A DNA stretch of 60,438 bases, filler included, from Platydemus manokwari (taxonomy: Eukaryota): NCBI GenBank assembly GCA_037951405.1. It is 4 parts of 4 records of this genome, joined end to end, with 100 filler letters (N's around TTAATTAATTAA, not from the genome) between each part and the next. Parts side by side here need not be neighbours in the genome. Positions count along the whole stretch, not along the records: positions 13,951 to 40,192 come from JBBMOY011766950.1; 3 more parts are not named here. One strand, given 5' to 3'. This document shows, in pieces, positions 14,608 to 28,700 of this stretch (position 1 is the stretch's first letter; each line of letters starts with the position of its first letter). The translations under genes were made by a program, and so were the position numbers. The notes under the pieces were generated by a model that was given only the letters and a program-made list of their open reading frames with translations, was not told where the DNA came from and ran no database searches.

Positions 14608-14718
14608 TTTGTTCCTTTATCCCTGTCCTTTACAAATGTTCTTTTATCTCTGTCCTTTACAAATGTTCTTTTATCTCTGTCCTTTACAGATGTTCTTTTA
14701 TCTCTGTCCTTTACAAAT
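14608..14718. repeat. 27-bp minisatellite, about 4 copies
   Basis: Unit TGTTCTTTTATCTCTGTCCTTTACAAA repeated with few substitutions. It explains the repetitive LLSLSFTNV peptide in ORF 14554..14775. Confidence 0.9.
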
Positions 14719-16899
14719 ATTATATATTTTATCATAAATACATCTCATCTCAAGACCTCAATTAATGTCGAGTAACTTCATTTCATTTCCACTCAATTTT
14801 CTCGATCAGCCTATCAGAATATTCTTTATTATCTCGTCAATTAGTCAAAACTAATGTATAAGTAGTTTAAAAGCGATAATAAATACACGAAATCTTTGCT
14901 GACTACCATTTTTATTCTTGGATAATTGTCTTTTGTATCTTGTCTGAGTTATTATTTCTTGAGAAGTGATTCATTTTAAAATACCATCTGAGACTGTCCG
15001 ATAGAATAGCTAAACAATGCCACGTTAATTCTTCCATTTATCAATAATAAATCCGAATTTTTCCTCACGTATTAACTAGCAGTAGAAATATTTTCATGGT
15101 ATGAAAACATATCAATTCTCGCATCATTTTCTCGACAGTCCTCTTGGAATATTGAAATTTATATCAACATTTATCATTGGATAATAAATAAAAAGACAGA
15201 AATAGAATTGGAAAAGATTTATCCAAGACTTTTTAATCACATTGAGTGCCTAAAAACAAAAATCCTTCAACCCATAACCAATTTATCACGTGACAATTTC
15301 AATGAGTTTATTTCGTTGTGTGGGTTTTATTGATTTTCGAATTGTCGATAAGACACAATCGATCATCTGATTTTATTGAATTTCGAAGATTCTTCAGTAT
15401 TCCAGCAGAAAGAACAAATTATCATCTATGTGAATTGTTAATATCGTCAATTTCTTGGTTGTCAATATCAGAAATCGTTTATCTCAGAATTCAAAAATCA
15501 TATTTTTAATTCATTTTATTTAAACAATTTATGGGAGCTTTATTTCAATCTGTAATTCAGGGCATTATTTATAAAATATTATTATAAATATTATGTTGAA
15601 ATTGAATCAAATTTTACATTATTATTATTATTATTATTTAATTTTCTTGATATTTTTAACGCCAATTGTAAATGTGCTCACATCTATCAATATATTGAAT
15701 TGATGATTAAGATAAGCACGTTGTAACGGAATTATTCATTACAGCTATTTCAATTCGGCTTGTTAAACGATAATTATATCAATAATTCTTGGAGTGGTAA
15801 ATATTGTTTTGCCTTTAATATTGATTCCATTGAACCAGCACGAATAAAACCATTTAGCTGTGAGAGATGAATCGAAAAATGATTATCAAACAAATTACTC
15901 TTTAAAATGGTAGATATTATTGATTAAGGAAATTTAAAATCGATATAACACAATTAAAACAAAAAACATGAAAATTGATTATAATTATAAATAAAATATG
16001 CAAGATCTGACTGCAAATCAAATAACGAATGCTGCTTCACAAAATATAATCATAATGAAGACAAATGTGAATTAACACAGGGAATTGCAATTTTTATATA
16101 TAAACTATAATGACGGAATAATAATTCGTTAATTAACTGGAACAATAATATAATATGATTCCATTATTTCCTATAGACATGATTTTGATCCTTACGTTCT
16201 TTGCCGTAAGAGCCCTAGTTCTTGATTAGCTTGCTGAAGGTTGGGCCATAAGTGCCTCTTAATTATTATTGATTTTACGATGAGACTTAACTTAAGGATG
16301 ACTTAACTAAAATTTTATTATTAAAAATATCGTTTGAACGATAGTAAATTATTTGATGTCAATCAATATTAGTCAAAATAATATTGATGACGAAAATTTT
16401 CCTTCGATTGATATTAATTTTTATTTACAATTTCCAATAATTGAATTTTTACGAGTCAGGACTTTCTCAGTAAATCATTTAAGTGTTGCCGTGTAATATG
16501 GAACATACTCGATTAATTTCATATAAGAGTTAACCCTGTAATTTTACTAATTATTTTACTTTTCATTGCATGTTACTATTTTTAGTTACTATAATTTTGT
16601 CATTCTATTTTTATATTTTATTATTCTAAAATTTACATTTTGATTTATTTTTGTATGTTATCTATAAGAAATATAATTACTAATTGCTTCTATCTGAGGT
16701 GGATCTGATATCCAACAATTCTTAACTTCAACTTCTCACTTCTTTCGTGATTCTCAAACAAATATGGCTTCTCGTGTGCTAGAATAATTTCAAGAAATTC
16801 CAAACAAAGAAAATATAAGATAGTTTAGCTGCTCTATTCGAAATTAGTTTTTGTGGTGGTCTAAATTGATTTGCGTTCTATTTATAGAGTATTTTGGTA

Positions 16900-18250
16900 T
16901 GAGGGTTCTGTAGCTCTAATATGTTTTATTGAGATTATTTTTCGTCAAATGCAGTACATTTATCTTATTGCATTCTTCATGACATGGCTTCCGTTTTTAA
17001 TTGCTAATAAAATCAATCATTTTTATTTCATTCCCATATCATTTCGTCTAAATAAAATTCTTTTTAGTCTGGCTTCCTTTATCTATTTATCACTTTTCTC
17101 TTTTAAAATTATCAATAAGCATTTTATTATTTATTTTATTATGTTATTATTGTTCTATCACCTTCTCTTATCTCTTGAAAATAAATTTATTATTTTTATT
17201 ATTTTGGTTTTATTTTTAAAATTATTTTATTCGTTTTTACATTTTATTCCTTAAATTCGATATAATTTATTTATTTCGGTACCATTTGTAATATTTCAAA
17301 TTCACTTTTATTATTTTCTTGTCCCTTATTGGTTTATAACATCATTTTCTTTTTATACTCTTTAATCATCATAAATTGGCTCTCGTTATTAACAGAATTA
17401 ATTTTTGTTTTTCTCCCAAATAATGAATAATTCTACCTAATTAATCACATTCTTACATTTTCTACATTCATATTTTATTATGTCAGATCGATTTTATTTA
17501 TTATTATAGATTTTATTATATTGGTAATACAATTTATCAAATCGAATAAACACAAATAATAATAATAATAGATAACAAGTAATAATGCTAATTTCTGAGT
17601 TTATAGATCAAAAATATTCACAATAATAAAATAAAAGATCAAAGTCATAAATAAATTATCACAATAAAAGATCATCATAACACTGTCAACTGTCCATCTC
17701 TATTCTCCAACTTGGATTATGTATGCCAGTATTTGGGGATTCAGGTTTTAATCTGACACTTGAGGGATGATATTTGTCAGCACTTAAGCATGGTGGATTT
17801 ATTGTTATCAGGCCTGCCACCGTAATAATTGAAAGAAGATAAAATTAGATTGCTGCTTTAAGACTTAGCTGATGTTGTGTAATATCGGATGGAGTTCTCC
17901 CTCCACAATATAATGTATATGCTACTAAAGTGTTATCATCACAACTGTTGCAGTTCTGCAGATAAAAGATAACTGCGAAAAATAATTCTCAGATTAATTT
18001 GTGTTAAGCAAGTGGTCATTAAAATGATCTTTCCTTAGCAATCACCCTGAATATAGTCTTTAATATTTTCAAAAATTAAATTTGAAGGGATCGGAACAGT
18101 AAAACAACACAGAGGTTTTTTTTCTTATATAGCGTGTCACGAGACTGACATTAAAGATTCATGGGGAATCGAAGAATCCTTTTTATGCAAAGAATGTCAT
18201 TACTAGGGAAATAAAATTTAAATCTTAACAATTTATATCCCGCTGTAAAA
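16900..18250 (-). mobile_element. Probable heavily degraded non-LTR retrotransposon (LINE) remnant
   Basis: Minus strand, with frameshifts: MTFF..K..FDS/IPHESL (RT motif A-like, ~18200-18150), IQGD (~18050), CDD (YADD-like, ~17940), and a downstream CHEECNKINVLHL resembling a LINE C-terminal zinc finger (~16990). The order is right but the identity is low. Confidence 0.3.
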
Positions 18251-18829
18251 ATTAAACTTGTTTTTCAATAAATCAATACCCTTGATCGAATGTAAATATC
18301 GAATTAATTCTTGTAATCGAAGGTGAAGCTACAACAGAGTGTTGTTATCTTACTAAACCTAATTAATTCACTTTCTCTATTTACATCTGGCTTGCCAAAT
18401 TTTCATGTGGTAATTGAGGCTTCAATGGTTGACACCAAGGTATTAGTCGATTACTTACTTTGGTAATTTCTTTTTTCATCTAACTCATAGAATTCCTTCT
18501 AATTTTCTCCGTTTTTAACTAATTAACGACTTTTATAATTCTCTTGTTTCCTTTTTTATTAATAAATTATCTTTCTATTATCTTTTACTTATTATTGCAG
18601 TAGAAGACATCAGTTGCTTCCATAAACATTTAAATCTCACAATATTAAATCTCAATATTAAAACGAAACTCTTTTTTTTATCTAACTTTCTTCTCTCGTT
18701 GTTTTTGTGATCCTTTATAACTCCTCAATTCTACGAGGTTATTGGCTGTCCCTGGAAATCAAGAAACACTTGATGTGGGCTTAAAATTTTCGAAATTCTA
18801 CGGGAACCTTCATAACGATCTCCGTTCTT

Positions 18830-20420
18830 CTTTATCTTATGTTGTTCTTTCTTTACTAAAACTTCTTCTCCAATTGTGAACATTCTAGAATCTCTTTTTT
18901 AGCATCAAATTTCCTTAAGTTTGTGGCAACTGATTTTATCTTGTTTTCTGTTTCTTTGATGATCTCGTCGTGGTGGTTTTATTCATTCAGTCGTAATCCA
19001 CGCATATTAATTCTTCCTCCAAACAATATATCAAAAGGAGAGTGTTGGATTAAGATCTGATATGTTGCATTAATGATAAATTACATCCTAGGTATCAATT
19101 TATCCCAAGCCTGTTTTTACATCTCGGACCGTCCTAGTCATCCTTTCAGCTAAGCCATTTGCATAATTTTGGTATGGGGAGATAACCTCTTGCTTTATTC
19201 GAAAACTTATTGATAATTTCTTCATTGCCCTTCTTTCAAAGACTTTACTGCAATCAGTGAGCATTGATTTTGGAGCACCATACCTATAGATCCATTTATC
19301 GATGATAGACTTGGAAATACTGATCTCGTCTTGTCGAATAATTGGCACTAAGCTTACTAACTCACTGAATCTATCGACAATAACCAACAGATATTTGGTT
19401 TTAGTCATAAATTCCCCACAGAGTGCAACATCAACAATGATCTGTTCCAGAGGATCAAAATCCTTCCCTGGGAATCGTAATTCCAGTGTATACCTTCCAA
19501 ATAGCAGAAAAATGACAATTCCGAACTTCATGTTCTATGCTTTGTGACATGTTTAGCCAGAAGTAAATTTTTTGAATACAATCAACCAATTTCTTATTAC
19601 CAATATGGCACAACTCTTCATGAAGGTATCTAGTTAGTTCCTGCGAATGAACCTCTGGCACAACAATTCGCTTCTTTCTTTTCTTATTATACACCACCAT
19701 ATCTTCAATCAATTCATATTTCTCTAAACTGTTAAAATATTTTCTTTTCTTGATTGTTGAATTCACTACTGTTTCTGTTTTCCCAAACCGACGACAGTAT
19801 CTTCTTGTTGAACCTTTCTTAGTTCGTCATTATTTGCAATTGAATACTCGACAACATTAATAAACCGAAATTTTGGTTCACCTTCTTTAGCATCTTGGTG
19901 CCGAGTTAAGCATTGTGAACAAAATGCTTCGTCTACCCTTGAGAGTTCATCCGCATTTCCACGATCTGACCCTTTCCAATATTATAGTTCAAAATTGAAT
20001 CCGGATAAGTTTGCAAATCATGTTTGAAACAGAGGCTAATCGGTTTGTTAGTTTTCTTCATGTATGTCAGGGCTTTATGATCGGTGCGAGTCACAAATTT
20101 CTTTCTTGTCACTTCCAGTCATAATCCCATATAACGGAGACGTAATTAGTACGTAGTCTTTGAAAAATCGTCTGTAATAATTACATAATCCTAGGAACGA
20201 CCTGAAATGAGTGATGCAACCGGGTTTAATTGCCATCTTAATCTTCTTTATTTTGTCGTTATTAATTTCTATACCTTCTGCGCTAATCGTATGACCCAGG
20301 AAAATCAATTTTCTAGTGCCAAAAGCACATTTTTCGCGATTGATTTTCAAACCTGATGATTTAATCTACCTGAATACCTTTTTGAGTTTCTCATTGTGTT
20401 CCTCTACCGTTCTTCGTATT
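18830..20420 (-). mobile_element. Ty3/Gypsy LTR retrotransposon pol remnant (RT end, truncated RNase H, integrase)
   Basis: RT: KINREKCAFG..LIFLGHTIS and FRSFLGLCNYYRRF. RNase H end: DHKALTY...NADELSR, with most of RNase H deleted. Integrase: HEELCHIG, YLLVIVDRFS, YGAPKSMLTD, SPY..ANGLAERMTRT. RT-RH-IN order is Gypsy-type. Multiple stops and frameshifts. Confidence 0.92.
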
Positions 20421-22621
20421 TCTAAATAAGCCTCACAGTAGTTTCATACATTTTCATAATCGAAATAAACATATTAAGATAAAGATGAAGAAAAATAATC
20501 AATATTATCCGCCGTAGGAACCATAAAGAGAAAATTCCATTAAAGTTGGTTTGCATTTTTGATATATTATACAATACCCTGAAATGATGCATCTCAAATG
20601 TAACAACCAAATTTCATTGAATTATAAATGGTATAAACACTCAATAAACCACCTTTACATACAAACTGAAACAACCATTCACAATAATGTCACAATTAAC
20701 CGTACCATTAACATTGCCATCGAACATCTGAATGAAAGCAACTAATCAAAATCATAATCATACAAATTCGCTATTCTTGAAACAGATTTATCCGAAATAT
20801 TTGATTTTTTTGTCTGAACATGAAAATCGCTGAAATACTTTATTTGTAAAAATTCAGAACAACTGTATTTTGAACTTAATTTTATCACTAAAATATTTTT
20901 ACCAAAATCAATCAGAATTGAATCCATTACATTCTCCAGAATATGAATGGCTTTAAGCAGGGTCAGTAGGTGCAACAATATCCATGTGGTTAACTTTCTA
21001 CACTTTGTTTGAACAAAATTTATAAATACATAATAGTCCTTTCCCACTTCATTTGGAATAAAAAAAATCAATATATTGAGGAAATCCGAATGTATTTTTT
21101 CAAAATAACTACAAAATGATTGAGCTGTTCATATTCCAGAATTCACCACTTGAAATGTTTTCCATTTTTGTATCCAATGACATTTTTGGTTCTAAATAAT
21201 TGGTACTTGTCTCAGAAATTATTGATATTTATGATTATGAACATACTGTACAAGTAAATCCACACACTGTGCAACTTGAATTATAGAGAAATACAACTCC
21301 GACTATAATCGAATACATTAACAAGTTACTTTTTAGTACCAGTAGCACTTATGATGGAGCTATTTGTAATTTCTTTCACAAGATTGTATTCCTAGATTAT
21401 TGATGATCAAATTATCTCGACGAATTTAAGTGTCACTCAAATCTAATCTAATAGGAATGGCAGTATATAAATTTTGGTTAGCAATTTGGACTTCGATTTA
21501 ATTTTTAATGTTGAAATTTGCCTTGTGTCATGGCACCGAATTTTTCCATTTTCCATATTATTCTCAACGACAAAATAGCGACAATAATAAGAAATACAAG
21601 TGTTCGTGTTTAGGGTTGCTTGGTTTATTTTTATTATCAGTATCAGTAATTATTATTCTATTGTGGATCAATGCCGACTTGATCAGTCTCTGTGAGCTCT
21701 AACTAACCCCTTAAGGTACACAAATTAAACCTTTTCTTATAGTCTTCTTTCTTCAGTTCGCTATCAATACTATATGAAGATAGTATGATAGGCAGCAATG
21801 ATCCAATTATTAAATTTATCAGTCTCAAATGCAATTTACGCAATCTATTCACAATCAGTCTCAGATCTTAATTGTCTTATTCGATTTCCTAGGTAATCAA
21901 CAACACAATAATTCACGTTTACAATAACGTTTATTGATTATTAAATGATACAACAACGATACAATTATACAATTATAAAAAGTTTCTTTTAATCCTACAC
22001 TATACAGCTAATAAAATGACATAGACGATGATACCTACAACTTCTGGGGAAGGAAACGGCTGCAAATTTCAACTCTAGAAGCCGAACATTTACCTTTAAG
22101 ATGTTTGAGACACAGCTCGATAATATGACAATAACGTGAATACGGTACATAATACAGATTATGATTTTACAGAACAATCTAACTCACTTTAAACTTGATT
22201 AATGCAATGGCAAAAGAAATCGAAGGGCACATAAAGCAAGACTTCTTATAGCAATATGTATCTCCACGTATTTTTCTCGATATCTTCAGTTAAACGACTT
22301 CACGTAATCCTAGGGCTTAGTGGTTTCGGTAAAACGGGTGAGTTGTGATGTTTGCAACTCCTATTTATACGATTTGAAAGTCGGCGCTTTTAATCCTCCC
22401 GTATAAAATATTTGGTTACAATTTCTGGTAAAATCCCCTCATATTTAATTTATAAATTCCCTTTTAATTTACCCGCTTTTATATCTACTGCCATTAAATC
22501 AACCATATATATAAATTCTATTTCATTTTAAATATATAAATCAAAATAAATTATTACGTAATAATAATATATATTTTTCTTTCAGAACAGTAGGCATTTA
22601 AAATCATCGTCGCATAAAAAT

Positions 22622-22716
22622 ATATCGCTACAATGCGATTAAAATAAACTTAACAATATCGCTACAATGCGATTAAAATAAACTTAACAATATCGCGACA
22701 GTGCGAATAAAATAAA
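22622..22716. repeat. 34-bp tandem repeat (about 2.8 copies), each unit with an internal hairpin
   Basis: ATATCGCTACAATGCGATTAAAATAAACTTAACA occurs twice exactly (22622, 22656), followed by a diverged third copy at 22690. Stem ATCGC/GCGAT with a 6-nt loop. Confidence 0.88.
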
Positions 22717-25700
22717 AATGAAAAGAAATAGTTGCTTCATGCAGTAGCAACCACGTTCCGATTTTTAGCAATATTACAAAAAAATTTATCAACACCAGGC
22801 GTCGATAAACACTGCAATTTCAGACAGCTAAAAATCGTTACAAAATTAATTACAACCAAATTATAAAAATTACTACAATATACATTGATGTCAAACATTA
22901 TACTTTATACATTAATATTGTCACAATATTGCCATTGTTATAAGTAACTTTTCTCAAAACCCCAACAGAACAATTATTGATCCAATAATATTGTATGAGG
23001 GTAAATTTGGTTGGAGAAATGAATTATATCATTATAAATAGATTCATGATCCAATAACATTTGTTGTTCAATTATAGATTTAAAAATTGTGAGGATTTGT
23101 AATTAATTGATTTTTGAAAAATTTTTAAAATTGGATTTTTATAAAATATAAGGGTTGCTATGAAAATAAGATTGTGAAAAACAAACAACATTGTGTAGTG
23201 TTGGATATATTTTTATTTGATTGATAAATTATTAATAATAATTTGAAGATGTCTTCAAAATATCAATTTCAAATCGTTATATCACCATGAAATTGTAAAT
23301 AAATGCGTGCTAGTTAACTACTTTAGAAGTTCTTTACCACGAAATTGGAGATGTGCAACACAGGTTTGGCAAGCATATCATTCGACCCAGCCATAGAATA
23401 TATTTTCTTCAGCATTTTGTTGTTTATTCCGAACGTTAACTGAACATTTATTTAGGCATTTATGCTAGTGATATTCATCTTATATTTCAGTTATTATATT
23501 AGCTTCGATATTGATTTTCATGTCTTAGAATCCTAGGAGTGATTTTATATTTAAATAATATTATATTAAACTTGTTGGTTTGAAATGTTAATTAATGTGA
23601 TGATTCCTAGAACATATCGGGACTTCTTCTTAACGTTTGAAGTGTACTGAAATTTGTATTTGATAAAAATAATGACCTTAAACTCTATTTTACTGATTCC
23701 TTCTTTTGTATTTGTATCGATTGCTATAAATCAAATAAAACTTTCAAGAACATGTTCAAAGTATTATTATAAAAAATATAGCAGTTTTGAACTTCGGGTA
23801 AAGAAGAAAGTTTCGGAGATATTTGACAAGAAAAATACTATTGAAGAAATTTTAAAACTATTTATTCTGTAAGGTCTAAATAGCAAGAAATTGAAAGAGT
23901 CTTTTACTCTCGATCCTGGAATGTCCGATGATAAAAGAAGAGAACTAGTTGTCAATTCGTTATATTATCAATGGATAATTCTGACTTTTGAATTTTGGAT
24001 TATCTGATATGATTTTTTAATGCGTAAATTTTTATTATTTTTTCGATTTTTTTATTTTGATTTTTAAAGTTTTAATTTTAAACTATTTTGTGTACTAAAT
24101 ACAAATGAATGAAATCAGGTAAATAATGATTTATTTATAATTATATAATAATAATTATGTATTTATTAATTATTATATAATTATTATTATTTATTTATGA
24201 TTTTCGTTGACTTTATCGATTAAGCTAAATTGCACGACCATTCTTGTATCAAGTTTTGATCTCAATAAATTTTAAAAAATAATTACTGTTTCTTGGTGGC
24301 AAGAAATAAATAAAGAGTTATAAAGTACACCAATTAGCACATATTTTTTCATATTTTATTTAATGAAATGTTGTGTATATTGTGTTTATTATTTTTAGTC
24401 ATTTATGTTTAATAATATATTATAACAGAAAGTCTATCCAACCATCCAATATCACAACGCTGTTTGTAACCTGCCTATCTCATCTTAAATCTCCAGTCAG
24501 AGTCAAACCTCTCATAACCGCCTAATGACATGAACTAATCCTCTACCATACGAAGAGTGAAAAATTCATCATCGAACCTCTCGGTAGAAATGAAATCATT
24601 ATATTATTTAACGTTATTGTGAACCTTAAAACCTACATATCGTCAATGCCCTAGAAATATCAATCGTGGACATTCTACGTATTAAAGACTCGGCCAAGAT
24701 CAAGTGTCTCATAAACTGTCAACTATAACATCGGAATCTAATAAAAAATAAAAAAATTACTAAAAATGAATTACGGTGATTTTTAAAAATGAGAATACAA
24801 AATTTTCAAATTTTATCGTAAGACAAGATCCCAAATATCACTAGATAAGCTCTCAAATAATAATTGTATCATTAGTAATAAATTTGTGCTACGCTTTAAC
24901 CACACTCAAAACGCTTCGTAAATAATCAATTATTTTAGATTTTCCTCGACGTTTGATTATACGATAATGTATTTTATCTTTTGGAGAAATCAAAATTAGT
25001 CATTGCTAGCCCGGTCAAATACAGTATAATTCGTTCAAAGTGAAAAACATTCACAGAATTTTTATTAACGTCTACTCGCAATTACAAATTTGCATCTTGC
25101 ACAGAGCGCTAAAAATAAAAATAATTTTAAAATCACATAAGGTCAATCTGGTGGTGTCTACTGTTCACTTACCGAATTTCCTAAAATCTCTTTCTGAGCA
25201 AAGAGCCATGTTGAGTTTTAAATAAGAGTTTTGCAGTATAATAATTTCTTTTTTGTGAAAGAATAAATAAAAAACAAGCTATTAATTGTTTTATTTAGCT
25301 GAGTTTCAACATAAACGACGTCCTACAGGAATTCAACCGGAAGATCAAGAAAATCTTACATGCTTGGCTTGAGTATCTATCGGAATGAAAACAGAGCTGA
25401 ACATTACTAGAATCGAGTTTAAAAATAGGCGGATTTGTTAATATCTTTGCATCTACTAGATTTAAATAAACAAAAACAAATCCAAAAATTTAAACATTCG
25501 TCAAAATATATCGATCGGTTAAGTTGTGCTGTGATTCAGTAATTCATCAGATGACTTGATAATTATCAAGTCAAGTAGTATACTTGATACTGATTCATGA
25601 CGCCATAAATGAAATTCTCGAATGAATGCTTACATAATCGATATGTATTATCCGATATAATTTCGAATTGATCAATAAAGTATATCAAATATGGAATAAC

Positions 25701-28700
25701 TAATTAATTATTTTAATCAATAAAGAGTTTCTGATGAATTTGTTTCTATCATAATTTCATCACAAATGAGACCAGTGCAATGTTATTGTTAAATATTATG
25801 ATAGATGGAACATGGTGAATGATAAAATGCTTTATTGTGTGACTGATTAAGTTAAAAATTTGATATCGCTAAAATTGAATCGATAAATTACAGATATCAG
25901 TTATATTCGTTCGATAACGTTTAATTGGTGGAATCCTGATTATAAAACCTGAAAATAAAACTCGATAAATCAAATGATTTTGTTAATCAATCTCATAATG
26001 GGTTGATTGGAAATCATTTTCGGTGTCTGTTGTCAAACAGAGATCAGCATATATCAACAATTGATAAATTGGAATTTATTCTAAATTGATCGATATTAGA
26101 TCTATAGATGATGGAAAGATAAACTTTTCAAAATATCTTCTCATTTTCAATGATTAGCATGACAAAATTACTTTTAATTATTGATTTTATATTGATTTTA
26201 TTTAGTAACTAAATTTATTATTTTATTATATAACTACTAAATATCAGATTATTCATTCTGAAAAATTGAACTTTGGTTGACACACTGCCTTGATTTGATG
26301 TCAATATATTCGATCGATAAAACTCCATTGGTTAATCTTGTAATTATAATTTTTATTTTAATCAAATACCATTCAAGGCTTTCTCCATCTCAAAATTTAT
26401 CAAACTAATATTTTTATTATTCACGTTAGCAGCGTTTAATGAGTTTGAAATTAAATCCCTTCATTTGTTTTAAATATTTTCATCGATCTTGATAAAAATA
26501 AAAAATCTAATCGATAAATGGAGTAGATCAATCGATAACTTCACAATCACAAAATAGTTAGAAAATAATATATTTATAAACAACACAAACGTTTGCTATC
26601 TCATGAGGTACCTTGCAAATAATCAATAAAATCAAATAATGACAGAAAGTGAATTGCTGAATAGAAAATATCACAAGATATCATTGATATTTGACTCTCA
26701 TTGTTGTGATTGGTTAGAAATGATTTAATGAAACAAATACTTAGCTTTAATAATTATTATTTTAAAATCAAATTAATAATAAATATTATTTTATTTGAAT
26801 AAATATAATTGAAATATAATTAAAATATAATTTTGTGTTGTGACTTTTCCGTTCTTTTACAATGTGTGTTTAAAATAATAGCAGTGACATACACAATCAT
26901 GTTTTCGGACATGTAAATATCGATTATGATATTTTATTATTTAATTTTATTTAATTTTTTATTTGATATTTTATTTTAATTTCTGGTAATTTTAATTTTA
27001 AATTTTATTTTAAAAATCGCATTTTTTAATCATAAATTTAGAAATTATTTAATCGACAAAGACAAACTATTGACACTCGATAAAGCTGTTCAATATATAC
27101 GCTTAAGAAACCATATGAAAACATTTCATAATAATAGATTTTTACATTCAGCAAACCACTGCAACACAAAAATGATTTGATAGTTTTTGGTTCTAATTGA
27201 GCCAAATTGTTCTTCTTCATTTGACAAAAATAATATGTTTGACATCACAGCTTTGCTATAAGCTGTGTGATTTTATTTGGTTAGTTTTATTGAATTTTTC
27301 TCAAAATACTTGTGAGTCCATGGTCAACAAATTCGAGTCAGTAATAAAAGTAATACGGATATTGTTGACTTACATGCTGGTGAATATTTAAAAATCAGTA
27401 TTTCGATTTAAATCAGTATATCTCTTGAACTGACAAACACAATAAATCGTTTAATTCCAATAGCAAATGTTACAAGATCAGAGGTTTTGAGTAGAGGTTC
27501 GATTTCCTTGAGCTCTACATTTTTAAAAAATTTAAAATGAGATTTTGTTTACATTTTATAAAATAATTATTGGAAATGGAATATGGAGCTCAAATGTGTT
27601 TTCAAAATTAAAATAGAATAAATATTTGAAAAGATACAAGAACATAAAATTGAAAGATAGCTTAAATATTTAATTAAAATGCCCCGGGACAGTCCATTGG
27701 TCAATACGTCAATATGTCTGTACTCCTTTTCATTTCGTTTGTATCTTTCAACTTTCAATTCAAATCAATTGGAATCCAAAGGAAGACAACATGGACCACA
27801 AAAGTTGGGTTTATTTTCGATCAATTTTTTATTTTTGCGAAAATAATGTTTCTTTGGATTTGAACTCCGACCATTATTCATTATTTCCAAATATAACTGG
27901 TACTCAGCAATATATGTTAATAACGTTTTAAAATTTGATATAGATATATTAAAGATTTGATTTTACCAACTAATTTTTCTCAATATTTTTTTTCTTTTAA
28001 ATTTATTAATCTAAAAGTTATTGGTTTAGTTTTCAAACTTCTTTGATAACATATATTTCTTTTGAATATTTTGTGGTATAGCCTCATTTATTAATTTATT
28101 AATTTTAGCAAATTTATTTATTATAATTGATAATTATCATTCAATCTAGAAATTTAAATTTTGATTTAACATTTTAATTATTAGTAAGATTATTCCATTC
28201 TTCAATTTTTTTCTTTAATTATTTCAGGCTTTTCACTTGCCTTAATAGGAATAACACCGATATTTGAATGAATTTTATTATTATCCTTATCAACAACAAT
28301 TAAATTATCATCCCGTTGAGAACTTCCAGCAGCTGTGAAACATTTACACATAATATTTTTCAAAGTTCTAATAAATCTTTCTACAAAAACATCTTTTCCT
28401 CATTTTCCTATTATGAAATTTTTAATTTTGTTGAGTGTATTGCAAAATTCTATATAATTTATTAAATTATATTCTTTATAAGAATTTTGAATTTTTATTT
28501 AATCATCAAAAAGAATTTAAGTTGTTTGAAATCAAATATGAAATGGACCAGAGATTCAGAATCTCCTAAAATTTTATAATTTAAGAAAATAATGAAAGTA
28601 GGTCAAATTGCAATTCATTGAAAATAGAGAGGTTTCCTTTTAAACATTAGAAGCAAATTGAGAAATATTCTCAATTTTTACAATTATTTTATAAAAATAA

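Noticed and set aside
16871-17254. 127-aa hydrophobic ORF resembling a membrane protein
   Set aside because: The F/I/L richness follows from T-rich low-complexity DNA, the start is non-ATG, and the opposite strand fits a LINE remnant better.
22622-22716. CRISPR-like palindromic repeats
   Set aside because: The units are contiguous with identical intervening sequence, there are no unique spacers or cas genes, and the context is eukaryotic.
27855-27915. tRNA B-box-like strings (also near 27495, 38045, 39236)
   Set aside because: No cloverleaf or convincing A-box could be built; at most old SINE heads.
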